DNA of 64,000 nucleotides, taken from positions 3,348,001-3,412,000 of the forward strand of contig OZ024751.1 in the NCBI GenBank assembly GCA_964016885.1, given 5' to 3'. Both the position numbers and the translations under genes were made by a program. Positions 1 through 15,537 of this stretch are shown piece by piece (position 1 is the stretch's first letter; each line of letters starts with the position of its first letter). The notes beneath the pieces are model-generated. The model saw only the letters and a program-made list of their open reading frames with translations, was not told where the DNA came from and made no database searches. The stretch is from Eledone cirrhosa (lineage: Eukaryota).

Positions 1-291
1 CATTTCTAAATGCTTTTCAAAAATAATTTTGAGACAGAGTGTCCGTGCTGTTTGCTCTGATCTGATTAGTTTGAGGAATTCTACCTGTTTTTATGTTAAA
101 AAAGTGGCTCCAGTGCTACTTTGTTGTTGCAAAAATTATTGTGGTCAAAACAATTTTGATTGGTCGGTAGAGGTCATGTGAATGTAAAAAATTGATTTTG
201 CGCCAAGACTGTTTTTATGTTAAAAAAGTGGCTCCAGCACTACTTGGTGTTTGCAAAAATTCTTGTGGTCAAAACAATCTTGATTGGTCGG
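1..291 (-). repeat. Inverted pLTR fragments of the Neptune-type PLE (two pieces: 1-208 diverged, 209-291 near-identical to 3901-3984)
   Basis: Reverse complement matches 3862-4068 (e.g. catttctaaatgcttttcaaaaataattttgagacagag vs ctctgtctcaaaattatttttgaaaagcatttagaaatg). Confidence 0.9.
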
Positions 292-772
292 TACCATAAG
301 AAGGAACAAAAACCCAAGAAATCATCTCCCCCAGAATGACATTTACAACTTTCCCCCTTCAAAGAGACACCATACCAAATCACTCAACTACTACGCGGAT
401 GCCTCATCGTCAAACATAGGGAAAAGATACCACCACCATGATAGATGTAACAACTTCCCCGCTTCAAGGGGACAGCAAGGTAATTACCATTTTCTCAACT
501 CTCGCTTCCACAATACACAACAAACCCACACCACACGATACAACCAACAACGTAGGCCACTTATAACACCACAATACAACATGGCACATAGAAACACACA
601 CCCATACTCGCAGTACAGGAACACCCCATTCAATCTACAACCACCAACCCGAACCACATTTTACAACAACAAGGAATATAACAAACACAGGAGACCACTT
701 AACATCAGCAGACAACCCCTCTACCCCAACCATTTTTTAGACACAGCACACAGATACAGGCAAACAAAATAA
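284..772 (+). CDS. Partial ORF1 of the PLE (basic, His/Asn/Arg-rich low-complexity protein), 5'-truncated at the inversion junction
   Basis: Open frame directly upstream of, and overlapping in the -1 sense, the RT frame; contains T TTT TTA at 733-739. Confidence 0.55.
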   Translation: MVGTIRRNKNPRNHLPQNDIYNFPPSKRHHTKSLNYYADASSSNIGKRYHHHDRCNNFPASRGQQGNYHFLNSRFHNTQQTHTTRYNQQRRPLITPQYNMAHRNTHPYSQYRNTPFNLQPPTRTTFYNNKEYNKHRRPLNISRQPLYPNHFLDTAHRYRQTK

Positions 773-909
773 CACAAAACAGGGAGGAGAAACCAATAGT
801 AATAAAAATTATCAATCTTACTAGTGCAGAACCAACACCCAACCTTATCAACTTACTCTCCAAAGGTCTTAAATTCACACCGACACCACTACGTCCTAAC
901 TACTATGAA

Positions 910-3075
910 ATGAAGGAAGACATCACAGACTTCTGTAGAAAGTTACGACTTAGTGAACCAGTAAGTTACGACTTCGACCAGTACAATGAGGATGAATCAT
1001 TAGCCAGAAATAGAAGCAATTACACCCCTTCAAAAACTAGAAATAAAATCCTGGACGAATTCTGTGAACACATCACAAACTTCCCTTACCAACACTTGCA
1101 CAGACAAAAACGCAAGCCAAACCTCAGCAAGAAAGAATGGGAAGAATTAAATAGATTAAATAGATTAAAAACCGACAGAACCATTACAATTAAAGAGGCT
1201 GATAAAGGGAGTACAGTAGTCCTAATGGAGACAGAATTCTATATCAACTTAGCGCTCTCCACTTTGGAAAACGAAACATACTACGAAAAGGCTGAACACT
1301 ACAATCAACAGAAAATTATGAGAAACCTAAAAACTCTAATCAACCAATACAAAGAAGGACTCACTAACAAGGAATTCAGCTTCATCACAGACTTCACAAG
1401 TAAATCCAGCCTTTTTTACGGTATCCCTAAAGTACATAAAAGCGAATCAATAAGTATTGCATGCAAGGAAGCCACAGACATAGTCATCAATGTCCCCTCA
1501 CCCAATGATCTCAAATTAAGACCTATAATAGCAGGTCCCGCTTGCGAAACCCACCGCCTTAGCAACTTCATTGATACCCTTCTCAAACCCTTCCTCAAAC
1601 ACATCAAAAGCTATATAAGGGACGACCTACATATGCTCAATCACCTCCCTAATATGCCACTTTCTGAACAAACCCTACTAGTGACGTTCGATGTAGTCAA
1701 CCTATACTCCAATATGCCCCACAACCTAGGAATAGAAGCTATCCAATTCTGGCTGGATAATTTCCACAATGAACTCCCACAACGCATCAAAAAAGAATTC
1801 GTGATAGAGGGACTCAAATTTATCTTGGAGAACAATTACTTCGTTTTCAATAACAAACCCTACAGGCAGAAATCTGGGACCGCTATGGGAACGAAAACAG
1901 CCCCCACTTATGCCAACCTAGTCATGGGATACCTGGAAATCACCCTCTACACTAAAGTCCTAAACAAATTTGGAAACACCCTCCACTTACACATTAAAAG
2001 GTACTGGAAGCGATATCTAGATGACTGCTTCATCCTTTGGCACGAAAACATCGAAAAACTTAAAGAGTTTCACACCCTTATAAATGGGCTCAACACAAAT
2101 ATTAACTTCACGATGGAATACAGCCATCAACAACTCCCCTTCCTCGACATCCTCATTAAGATCCATAACAAAAAAATAGAAACAGACATATACTACAAGC
2201 CCACAGACTCCAAGCAATATCTCCCCTTCAACTCTTGCCACCCTAGACACGTTAAAATTAATATTCCCTACAACTTAGCCAAGAGAATCTGTACTATAGT
2301 CTCCAATAAAAACACCTGCTACTTACGGCTACAAGAACTAAAGGACACACTGATAGGCAGGGACTACCCTGCATCACTAATTGACAATGGAATCCAACGT
2401 GCCCTAAAACTCAGTACCCAGGACCTTAGACACCCTAAAGTAAATCAACCGAAACTAAAAGCTCTTCCATACATCTCCACACACAACCCCCTCAACAATG
2501 AGGCCTTTGACACCATCCTCCAGAACATCCCTGTGTTGAAAAAGGACCATAGAATGAACCAAATCCTACGAACCCACGATATCATAAAGAGCAAAAGACA
2601 ATCCAAGTCAATGAAAAACATCCTAACACATGCCAAAGTACTGCTAACCACAACAACGAAACCCACAGTAAAAAAATGCGATAGACCCAACTGTGGCATT
2701 TGCATCAACTTAATAGAGGGTTCGGAATTCTATTTCAAAGAAGGACAACGTTTTATAGTAAAACACAATTTCACATGTGCATCGGTAAATCTAATATATG
2801 TATTAAATTGCTCAGGTTGTCGAGAACAATACATAGGCCAGACCAAACACAGCCTCCGCCAACGCATGACTGTCCATAGATCCCAAATTAAAATACGGGA
2901 ATACAGGAAAATACCACTGAGTGAACACATTGATACCTGTGCCGCCCAAAATCATCCCAACTTCAGAATCTTTCCCCTCTACAAATTTAAAGATAATGCC
3001 ACCCACACCCAGCGCATCAGCAAGGAATCTTACTTCATTAACAAATACGGACCCCGTCTAAACACTTCTCCCTAA
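910..3075 (+). CDS. PLE reverse transcriptase + GIY-YIG endonuclease (frame open from 682, so the true start is upstream of ATG 910)
   Basis: Motifs [49 protein letters not shown], CxxxxCxxC linker, IYVLNC..YIGQT..RMTVH. Upstream in-frame INL..LLSKGLKFTPTP is a typical PLE N-terminal motif. Confidence 0.95.
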   Translation: MKEDITDFCRKLRLSEPVSYDFDQYNEDESLARNRSNYTPSKTRNKILDEFCEHITNFPYQHLHRQKRKPNLSKKEWEELNRLNRLKTDRTITIKEADKGSTVVLMETEFYINLALSTLENETYYEKAEHYNQQKIMRNLKTLINQYKEGLTNKEFSFITDFTSKSSLFYGIPKVHKSESISIACKEATDIVINVPSPNDLKLRPIIAGPACETHRLSNFIDTLLKPFLKHIKSYIRDDLHMLNHLPNMPLSEQTLLVTFDVVNLYSNMPHNLGIEAIQFWLDNFHNELPQRIKKEFVIEGLKFILENNYFVFNNKPYRQKSGTAMGTKTAPTYANLVMGYLEITLYTKVLNKFGNTLHLHIKRYWKRYLDDCFILWHENIEKLKEFHTLINGLNTNINFTMEYSHQQLPFLDILIKIHNKKIETDIYYKPTDSKQYLPFNSCHPRHVKINIPYNLAKRICTIVSNKNTCYLRLQELKDTLIGRDYPASLIDNGIQRALKLSTQDLRHPKVNQPKLKALPYISTHNPLNNEAFDTILQNIPVLKKDHRMNQILRTHDIIKSKRQSKSMKNILTHAKVLLTTTTKPTVKKCDRPNCGICINLIEGSEFYFKEGQRFIVKHNFTCASVNLIYVLNCSGCREQYIGQTKHSLRQRMTVHRSQIKIREYRKIPLSEHIDTCAAQNHPNFRIFPLYKFKDNATHTQRISKESYFINKYGPRLNTSP

Positions 3076-3193
3076 GACGAACCCACAACATACACACGTC
3101 AACATACATACCTACATCAGCACACATCTCTACCCACATATAAACACAATGACATACGTAAACACACATGCTCTATGGTGCAACACAAACAAA

Positions 3194-3286
<93 letters not shown>

Positions 3287-3480
3287 GTATATATATATGT
3301 ATGTATATATATATAGTGAATATATGTATGTGTATATATATATATATAGTGAATATCATTTCACACCTTTTATTGTTAAGATTTTTGATGTTCTATTAAG
3401 AGAACCGATTTTACTGAACAAATCGAATAATTTACCAGGGGGGGAAAAAAATACTGGTCCACTCACACACACACACACAT

Positions 3481-3518
<38 letters not shown>

Positions 3519-3676
3519 ACGCGTACATTAACATACAAAGAAACTTATACACACACACACACGCACTTCTCCGTATAAGACAAAAGCTGAAAAATATCTT
3601 TTGACATGCTAAAATAGCCCCCATTGCTTACATACACATTCTTACTGACCATCCCTGCTACCACGAATTACTCTGC

Positions 3677-3743
<67 letters not shown>

Positions 3744-4041
3744 TTATCTTAATAGCCATTTGACACACATCCATGCTAACCATTATCACAACATCGAACA
3801 CCTTACTACTACTACACACACACACACACACACATATTTGTTGTGAAAGAGTCATTTCTCAATCTTGGCGCAAAACCAATTTTTTATTCACATGACCTCC
3901 ACCGACCAATCAAAATTGTTTTGACCACAAGAATTTTTGCAAACACCAAGTAGTGCTGGAGCCACTTTTTTAACATAAAAACAGGTAGAATTCCCCAAAC
4001 TAATCAGATCAGAGCAAACAGCACGGACACTCTGTCTCAAA

Positions 4042-4084
4042 ATTATTTTTGAAAAGCATTTAGAAATGCGCAACCGGTAAAAAC
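4042..4084 (+). ncRNA. Hammerhead-ribozyme-like motif, variant core UUGAAAA / GCAA (further copies at ~14950-14990, ~19116-19156 and 17004-17043 minus)
   Basis: ttt-TTGAAAA-gcat(ttagaa)atgc-GCAA-ccgg-TA-aaa; lies in the pLTR, where PLE hammerheads are expected; palindromic ccgg stem III. Confidence 0.55.
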
Positions 4085-4237
4085 TTAAAAACTTAAAACC
4101 ACAACAGAATACTAACCCATACAATTACTAATACTCTTTTATTCCTAATTAAACCATTTTTCAACTGAACAATTTGTCAGCATTTTCTATTCCGTTTACT
4201 AATATATAATAACTTGTGTGTTACACCTCTATTCTTT

Positions 4238-5005
<768 letters not shown>

Positions 5006-5524
5006 GTAGAGCATATTTCTTCTATTTTCGTTTGGTTCCCGAGGAAACCTTTTAAAAACATTCTGTCAATAATAATTTGTAGTTCTAGAAGACTAAGCAG
5101 AGTTTTCTGGGATTTTTTTTAAAAAACCTACTGAAATTTCATTAAATAGATCGATCATTTGGTTTCACGGATCCCTAAGCATGGAACAGGAGTTTACGAC
5201 AATTAATTTTCTTTAGACATTAAAAAAAACAACATTATGCATGATTTTAAAAGTGTACATTACTAGAAATCCCAAATGTTATAAAATAAATAAAATGGGT
5301 TGGGTCTCAATATGTAAACTAAGCAACTAATTCTGATTATAACAAAAATCAACGGAGACAACCTAAAAAAATTACCTATTTTCCACACCTTCCCACGCTT
5401 ATTGCAAACAGCCTCCCTCTAGTGGATCTGCTAATATGCAGATCTGACTGATCAGCCAGTCTGCTAATATGCAAATCAGGCCGATCAGTGACTGTATATT
5501 TTCACTAGCTCTGGCAGTTGGCAG

Positions 5525-5591
5525 GTGAACAGTTAACTGCACTGATGAAGAGTAATCAACCAGAAACATTAGTGACTGCAGTTCTGTTTAC
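5525..5591 (+). ncRNA. Degenerate type-I hammerhead motif
   Basis: gtgaacag..aactgca-CTGATGA-14 nt-GAAA-cattagtg-ac-tgcagtt.ctgtttac. Long stem I, but stem II and the NUH site are decayed. Confidence 0.5.
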
Positions 5592-5710
5592 ATGCCAACA
5601 CAAGAGCAAGAATGAGGGGATCATTCTACTGACATGGCTTAAAAAAGAGGCTTGTTTGCATAATTGCAAACGAATCGAATAGTATTATTAATATTCGAAA
5701 AACTCAGATT

Positions 5711-6422
<712 letters not shown>

Positions 6423-6459
6423 TTGATAGGTTTCGGCCAGTATTGGTCCTGCCCATGTC

Positions 6460-7580
6460 TAACTTAATAGCACCACCTCGCCTCTTCAGCTGTTCTTTGA
6501 TTCTTAATGATGGACATCATGCCCTTTTGGAGGTTGTGATTTTTCGATTCTAGTGATATAATGACGGTCAAATGGGTGTGTTGCTGCTGGCAGTATTTAA
6601 GTTTGTTGATTTTTTTGTTACATCTTTTAATTTTTAAGTGTTCTTCTATTTCTAGGGATACTGCTCTTAGATTTGTGTACAGATCTTAATGGGGTATGTT
6701 TTGTACATATATTTGTTACAGTGTCTACAAATGTCTGCCAGGATTTTTTTGATGTTAGTGGGTGTGTGAGTGTGCCTGAGAGACTACTCGACATGTGCAA
6801 GATCTTGGTTGATTGCTTCGCAGTTTGCATTATGAATATACGTGGTATCAAATGTATGAAATGGAAAGATGTAACTGATTTGCTTTTGGGACGGTGGAAT
6901 CTCAGATCACAGAGAACCATGTCATGGTCTGAGAGTAGAGTTTTTCCACTGCAATATTGTGGATAATGTCAGTGTGGTTACTGAACATTAGGACCAAGAC
7001 GTTTTTGTGGCGTCTTGTTGGTTCGAGCACAAGTTGGGACAGAAAAAGCCCATCCATGAAGTCAAGAAGCAATTCTACTGCCCCTTTGTCAGGCGTTGAG
7101 GAGGAAAAACCTGGTATCAAGCTGTTTGTGGACCAATCAACACCGGCGATGTTGAAGTGCCCCATCATTAAGATGTTGCCAATGTGACGCTGTTGAGGCA
7201 TTCCTTGAAGCATGGTAGAGGCGTTTGGGGTGACCTATAGATCCCAACTACTATTAAGTTGTTGGTTTTAGTGTAGACAGTGACCGATTCACAGTATCCA
7301 TTGGCCATATGTTCTTAGGCTCTTCCGAAAAAGAATCATGTACAAAAATGTCAGTCCTGCCCTTTCTTCTGCCAGTGTCTGCATGGATAGTTTCGAAATT
7401 CTTCACTTTCACCTCGGCTTCCAAGTAGAGGGGGTTGAGATGGGCTTCGGTGAGGACGAAGAAAGGGATGTTGTTAGAATGGATATCAACCCAATCATCA
7501 ATAAATTTGATCTTCTATTTTTGAGTATTGGTGGAAGGGCCTTGAGCATTAAGCAAAAATGTTGAGGCTAAAGTGGTCGC
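6460..7580 (-). pseudogene. CR1/L2-group LINE ORF2 remnant (apurinic endonuclease domain)
   Basis: Degenerate GDFN (GHFN..VDW), QLVLEPTR..NVL, VLTEAHL motifs; TNICTKHTP..SIPRNRR is shared with the 44690-46760 copy. Confidence 0.8.
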
Positions 7581-7584
7581 TGAT

Positions 7585-7618
<34 letters not shown>

Positions 7619-7800
7619 GTGTGTATATATATATATGCATATATATGTGCATACATGTATACATATATATATATATGTACGTATATATACATATGTACGT
7701 ATATATACATATAAATATAACGAAGGAGTTGTGGTAAGGAACCAGATGCACCATAACGTATCAGAGTACTCAATACTTAGGGTAGTAGAGTGTGTAGTCT

Positions 7801-7853
<53 letters not shown>

Positions 7854-8090
7854 GTACATATATGTATGTATATATATATGCATATATATATACATACATA
7901 CATTCACATACAAATATATGTGTGTCTGTGTCTGAGTGTGTTAGTGTGTCTCTGTGTGTATTTAATAGTTCATAACAATCCTGTTTGTATACATGTTGGA
8001 TCAATGATGCTTGCTATGCATATGGACACATACGGCTGCACATATGTTTACTTGTCTACACACACACTGACAGACACACACACACACACT

Positions 8091-8151
<61 letters not shown>

Positions 8152-8530
8152 ACATGTGTATATTATATTCAGTAAACTATACAGTTAAATTTGTTGAAAA
8201 GTCTTTTGTGCAGCTTTCATGTATTTAAGTAATGGCGACGACTGTGGTGGGAATGATCTTTTTTGTTCTGTTTTCTTCTCATGCGTGTGTATATATATGA
8301 CATATATCTCTCTATCTATCTATATATATATATATATATATACATTTGTGTGTGTGTGTATCTGCGTTACTAAGATCCATAGTTTGAAGTAACGGAAACC
8401 GATTACTAATGTACCTTATGTACACACATACACACATATATATGTATATATATACATATATATATACATATACTCACATATATATGTACATTTATATATA
8501 ATATATATATATACATAGATACATACACAC

Positions 8531-8678
8531 TAGAAGTGGAAGACCAAGGTTAACGTATGTTGATGCCCTAAGGACAGACACTGGTCTGTTGGAGACGCAG
8601 GACATGGCAGCGATAATGAGGGACAGAGACCGCTGGAGAGAACTCGTCCATGGATCTCGGGAATTTTACCCGCCCTAG
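8531..8678 (+). mobile_element. RTE-clade LINE 3' end
   Basis: [26 protein letters not shown]; same 3' end (ggaattttacccgccctag) as 33330 and 44608. Confidence 0.8.
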
Positions 8679-10490
8679 ATATATATATATATATATATAC
8701 ATATACACATATATATATATATGCACATATATATGTAACATATATATACATAGATACATACACACACATATATATATAATATATATATATATACATAGAT
8801 GCATACATATATATATAAGCTCATTTATACATATATATATATATCCTCTCTTACGCGCGCCCCTCTCTCTTTGCTTTCTCCTCTCACTTTCCCCCAATCA
8901 CTGTGGTTTCGCTATTTTTATTCGGAGACGTCTCAGACGGTAAATGTTGTCCCTGATTCTTCCAGATTCCTATTCTAATAGAAGAGAAAATTGAAAATTA
9001 ATTGAATTATGTTGAATTCATTAGATTGCGGAAGTCTTAGATTGCTGAGTTAAACTAAAACTGAACTGAATAACCGCTGACTTCACATCAACCTCCAGCC
9101 ACTTCTGCACCTCTCCCACCCATTAGATCAAAATTGAATAAAAAATATCTATTTACTCTATAAATGCCTCTCAGTCAAATACAACGTTTCGATATAATTC
9201 CCTGTTCTCTTTTATTCCTCTAAAATGTGAGACTATGAGGTCTATGTGTGAAACCAGCGTTGTTGTTGATGTTAGTATTGATGATGTTGCATTTTTTTTG
9301 TTTCTTTTTCTTTACTTCATTTTCGTTATTGTTGTTATTGTTCTTCTTCTTGCTCTATTTCTTGTTATTGTTACTGTTTGTTGTTGTTGTTGTTGTTCTT
9401 CTTCTTCTTCTTGCGTTTTAAAGAGGTAGTATTACATAATTTCAATTTTCCTTGGGGGTTACCGTATTATCTGCATACATATATACATACATACATATGT
9501 ATAGGATATGTGTAGATGTGTGTGTGTGTTGAATTGTCTGTCTGTACACTCATATACAAAATATGACGTTGTCATGGTGGTGGTGGTTGTTTACTATAAT
9601 TCACTATCAAACTATTATTTTAGATAAAATCTTATATTGTTTTAATCCAAATGAAAATAAAAAAATTACATGTTGACACTCCCGGGGTCTAATACTATTA
9701 ACCATGTAAAATTTGATTTGATTTGGTCCAGCCGGTAGAGAATGCATAGGAACAGATAGACAGACATACAGACAGAGAGGCGAAGAATTTTATATATAGA
9801 GAGATATACACTATAGGAAAATGTGTGTGTATGTATGTGTGAGTGTGTATGTATGTGTGTATGTTTGTTTGAGTGTAAGTGCGTATGTATGTATGTGTGT
9901 ATATGTACATATATGTATGTATCTATGTATGTACTTACATATGTATGCATGTGTGTGTCTGTATCTGTGTATGTATATATATGTATATGTGTGTACGTAT
10001 GTATATGTATGTATATCTATATATGTATGTATGTAAATGCATATGTATTTATATGTACATATGTTTATGTGCGTGCATGTATGTGTGTGAATTTATATAT
10101 ATGCATTTATTGTAATTATATGCATGTAATGTACCTATGAGTATATGTGTGTATATATGCCCTCATTATATGCCCAACCAATCAAACTTATATGCTTATA
10201 ATAACGATTTATAATTATTGTAGATAAGTACAACTGTATATTGTGGTTAACTTATTATTACTATTTGTTTTTGATTCTTATTTTATTTACAGCCTACCTT
10301 CGTCTTAGGTACGTAGCTTACTATGTAAATCATAAACAACGACTTCGGTAGTTTCCGCCCGCTTTCGTAGTCTCTAACAGCTCAAGATATATATATATAT
10401 ATATATATATACACGCACGCACGCACATATATATATACATACGCACACAGACACACACACACACAGACACACACATATATATATATATAT

Positions 10491-11594
10491 GGTATAAACG
10501 TTTGAATTTGTAAAGCCAAACAATGCAGGTATGGACATAGAATAAAAAAAAATGCAAATGCAAAAGATATTGTTGACAATTAGTCTTTTACCTTAGATTT
10601 ATTTAAATGTCCTTAATTTTCGAGATAATATCTCTTCTTCGGAGAGAAGTAAAGCGGTTAAACCAGTGTTCTAAATAGCTTGCCAAGTCATGCTGACAGG
10701 AAATGGTATAGAGTATCTGTTCTATCTCTAATGTCAAAGAGTTAAGGTTAGGGGGATAAAGAGTAGTCTCCCTTTAAAAGGTTTTTTTTTAACATGTCTG
10801 TTTAAGTGTGTGGGAGAATGTATGAATGTGTAAGTATGTGTGTGTGTGTGTGAGAGTGTGAGAAGATATGTCTATACGTAAATGTGGGGGATAGATGTTC
10901 TCTCATGTTACAACTGGTCTTTGTGTGTGTATGTGTGTGTGTGAGAGAGATTAAGTGGAGGTGTAAGCGTGTGTGTGCGTGTGTGCGTGTGTGTGTGTGT
11001 GGGGTGTAAGTATGGGTCTAGATGCTCTATCAAGTTATAAATTGGGTGTTGAGTTCTAGTCTATTATTGATTGGTGGTTGCGTATTGTCTATAATTAGTG
11101 CTTCCTTAATTCTAAGATTGCCGAGGTTCCTTTCCTTAGTTTCTATCCTAACTGTTATGGTTTTGTCGGTGTTTTTGCATTTAACTAGGTGTTTCTTAAA
11201 TGAGGAAGCGTTAGTATTGAGGTGTTCTTTTATTCTTATGTGAAGTGGTCTGGTGGTGCTACCTACGTAGAAGTTGCTGCATTTGTCCCACTCTAGTTTG
11301 TATACGACTTAAGCCTGGTGGCATAGGTCTGTGTCGTTGATGGGGCAGTTGGCTAGCCTGCAGCGGTTGTCATGTTTGGTGGAGTGTCTTTTGGTTAGCC
11401 CTCCGCGTAGAGAAGGTCCTGAGTGGGCCAGTTGGATATCTAGTCCCTCTCGTCTGATGGCTTTTCGGATGGCTGTTGTTGTTTCAAATTATAGACAAAA
11501 CACAACCACCAATCAATAATAGACGAGAACTCAACACCCAATTTATAACTTGATAGAGCATCTAGCCCCATACTTACCCCCCACTCACGCACAC

Positions 11595-11661
<67 letters not shown>

Positions 11662-12175
11662 TACACCTCCACTTATTCTCTCTCACACACACACATACAC
11701 ACACAAAGACCATTTCTAACACGAGAGAACATCTATCCCCCACATTTACGTATAGACATATCTTCTCACACTCACACACACACACACGCATACTTACACA
11801 TTCACGCATTCTCCCACACACTTAAACAAACATGTACAAAAAAAAGCATTTTAAAGGGAGACTACTCTTTATCCACCTAACCTTAACTCTTTGACATTAG
11901 AGATAGAACAGATACTCTATACCATTTCCTGTCAGCATGACTTGGCAAGCTATTTAGAACACTGGTTTAACCGCTTTACTTCCCTCCGAAGAAGAGATAT
12001 TATCTCGAAAATTAAGGACATTTAAATATATCTAAGGTAAAAGACTAATTGTCAACAATATCTTTTGCATTTGCATTTTTTTTTATTCTATGTCCACACC
12101 TGCATTGTTTGGCTTTACAAATTCAAACGTTTATACCTCATTACACAATGCTTCAACTGAACTATAACTTCCTCC
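10491..12175. mobile_element. Truncated Poseidon/Penelope-type PLE with inverted pLTRs (10491-11097 / 11488-12137)
   Basis: ~600 bp inverted arms around a GIY-YIG fragment; hammerhead-like ccgaaga-agagat(att)atctc-gaaa in each arm; (TA)n flanks. Confidence 0.85.
11030..11480 (-). pseudogene. GIY-YIG endonuclease C-terminal fragment of a PLE
   Basis: Manual translation: VVYKLEWDKCSNFYVGSTTRPLHIRIKEHL..LRIKEALII..PPINNRLE. Confidence 0.85.
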
Positions 12176-13399
12176 ATATATATATATATATACGTATATA
12201 TATATAGCAGTGGAACCCAGAGTTGCATGTGATTGGAAAATTTAAACTTCAAAGGTGTAGTAACACGTATAAACAAAAAAATCAAATATGATTGTGAGTT
12301 GTGCACATGGAGCGGAAACATAAGTTGTTGTTTGTGCCCTACTTCTTTGGTTAAAAAAAACCCGTAACACACGGCGTTATTGTTGCTAACCGTTGGCGGG
12401 GGGCTTTTTCAATAGATCCGTTCTGACTCTTTTTCACCAATTAAGCCTTTTCTGCTACAACTTATGAAATGCGCCCTTTATACTAAACATCTGTGCATCA
12501 CCTGCTATGCCAGTATGGAAAAGTCGATAATCCCGCTTGGACTAAGCAGTAAATCATGCAATTGAGGTGGCCGTTTGAGTTGATTTTCCGCTGCTGGGGC
12601 TAGAGTAGGCAGAAATTTTATGAATAAAAAATATTAAACGGAACTCAATGCATAATTGGTGTAAATTTGAATAAATTCGGCCGCAAACTGATACTTTTTT
12701 TAATTTAGTTTTTCTCAAAGAAATAATCGTTATTATAACCGTATAAGTTTGATTGGCTGGGCACATACATGAGGGCATATATACACATACATACTCATAG
12801 GTACATTACATGCATATAAATACAATAAATGCATATATATACATTCACACACATACATGAGTGCATACATACATGCACACGCATAAACATATGTACATAT
12901 AAATACATATGCATTTACATACATATATAGATATACATACATATACATACATACGTACACACATATACATATATATACATACACAGATACAGACACACAC
13001 ATGCATACATACGTAAGTACATACATAGATACATATATATATGTACATATACACACATACATACATACGCACTTACACTCAAACAAACATACACACATAC
13101 ATACATACACACTCACACATACATACACACACATTTTCCTATAGTGTATATCTCTCTGTCTGTATGTCTGTCTATCTGTTCCTATGCATTCTCTACCGGC
13201 TGGACCAAATCAAATCAAATTTTACAAGGTTAATAGTATTAGAACCCGGGAGTGTCAACATGTACTTTTTTATTTTCATTTGGATTAAAACAATATAAGA
13301 TTTTATCTAAAATAATATTTTTATAGTGAATTATAGTAAACAACCACCACCACCATGACAACGTCATATTTTGTATATGAGTGTACAGACAGACAATTC

Positions 13400-13432
<33 letters not shown>

Positions 13433-13965
13433 CTACACATACAGATACATATGTGTTGACAGAAAGGTGTGTGTGAATGTATATCTGTGTGTATCTGTCA
13501 TAGTATATGCGTGTGAGTGTAGGTGAGAGTGAGTGTGAGTGTATGTGTAATTGGAGGTATAGATTATATATAAGGATATGATTATTAATTCTAGCCAAAA
13601 AATTATAACAAGAATATTATAGCAAGAATATTATAGCAAAAATATTAATTACAATAGAGTATATGTAATGTAAGAGTATGGTACAGTGAAAGCATATAAT
13701 GTAGGTATACAAAGCCTAAAAGATTGGTTACAGAAATGTAGAGTTCGAAAACATACAGTCCAAAATCATACAGTTCAAAAATATGGAGCTTAAGAAATTT
13801 TTCCTTAAGGTTAAAATAACAGTGTAAGTATAATTAATAACCATATCCTTATATATAATCTATACCTCCAATTATTTATACTATAGCTTTATTACGATTT
13901 TTCATTATAATCTTGCATTACAATTTTTTATGTGTTCAATTTTTATAGTCTTACTTTATAATATA

Positions 13966-14076
13966 TTTGTTTCTACTTTAGGCACAAGGCCAGCAATAAC
14001 CCAGTTCATTACTGGTACTTTATTTTATCGACCCCGTAAGGATGAAAGGCAAAGTCAACCTCGACGGGATATTGAA
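13966..14076 (-). mobile_element. 3' half of the tRNA-derived SINE
   Basis: Reverse complement of 35040-35146 (gaggttgactttgcctttcatccttacggggtcgataaaataaagtaccag). Confidence 0.85.
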
Positions 14077-14154
14077 TACTTATACTTAGTCTTCTCACCT
14101 ATAATGTATCCTGCTAAATGTTCAAGAGAATAGGAATATAATTGTTTTAACCTT

Positions 14155-14203
14155 TAACTCCGATGATCCCAAACCTGTAACTGGATGAAACGATCGTAAG
14201 CCA
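14155..14203 (+). ncRNA. Hammerhead-like motif with CCGAUGA core
   Basis: ct-CCGATGA-tcc(13 nt)gga-t-GAAA-cgatcg(palindrome)-TA-ag; stem I is weak. Confidence 0.45.
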
Positions 14204-14336
14204 TTAAATGTTTTAAAAACAATTTGATTGTTATTTATGTTGTATTGCGGCTCTGCATTATGCTTGATATTTTACATTGAGCTTCTTTCTTACATATAAT
14301 ATTACCCTTATCTTATTTATATTCTTATATATAAAT

Positions 14337-15150
<814 letters not shown>

Positions 15151-15455
15151 TCGTATATTATGATATATTGCTCTGATTATTTAATTTATTAATTCTTCAT
15201 TGAGCCACAACGTGACCGGTTGCCACATATATATCTGTGACTTTATGTATATGTAAATCTTTATATTTAATAATCTCCCGTTGGGTTGAGATGCAATTGG
15301 GCGATATTAAGCTGCGTTTCTAGCAACCAGCCTACCCGCCGTAAGCAACTAATCACATTCTTTCTAACTTGACCACTGCCACGTCACTATTCTTAGCCAT
15401 TTTTGAATCTATTTTTGGCGCGATCGCTTTGGAAAATTAACTGTCCGACTGAGTT

Positions 15456-15537
15456 TGTCCCCTGACGAGTCTGTTACTCTAGGTTCATCCTTAACAGTAG
15501 GATATCTAAAAATACGGACGAAACGATGGTAGAGATG
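15456..15537 (+). ncRNA. Type-I hammerhead motif with extended stem II, inside a TA-flanked pLTR-like segment (15150-15820)
   Basis: CTGACGA-gtctgt(~39 nt)acggac-GAAA-cgatgg-TA; stem I imperfect. Confidence 0.6.

Larger units (their letters stand above)
9508..13440. repeat. ~700 bp inverted repeat pair (9508-10209 / 12726-13440)
   Basis: The arms are reverse complements, e.g. gatttggtccagccggtagagaatgcatagg vs cctatgcattctctaccggctggaccaaatc. Confidence 0.9.
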
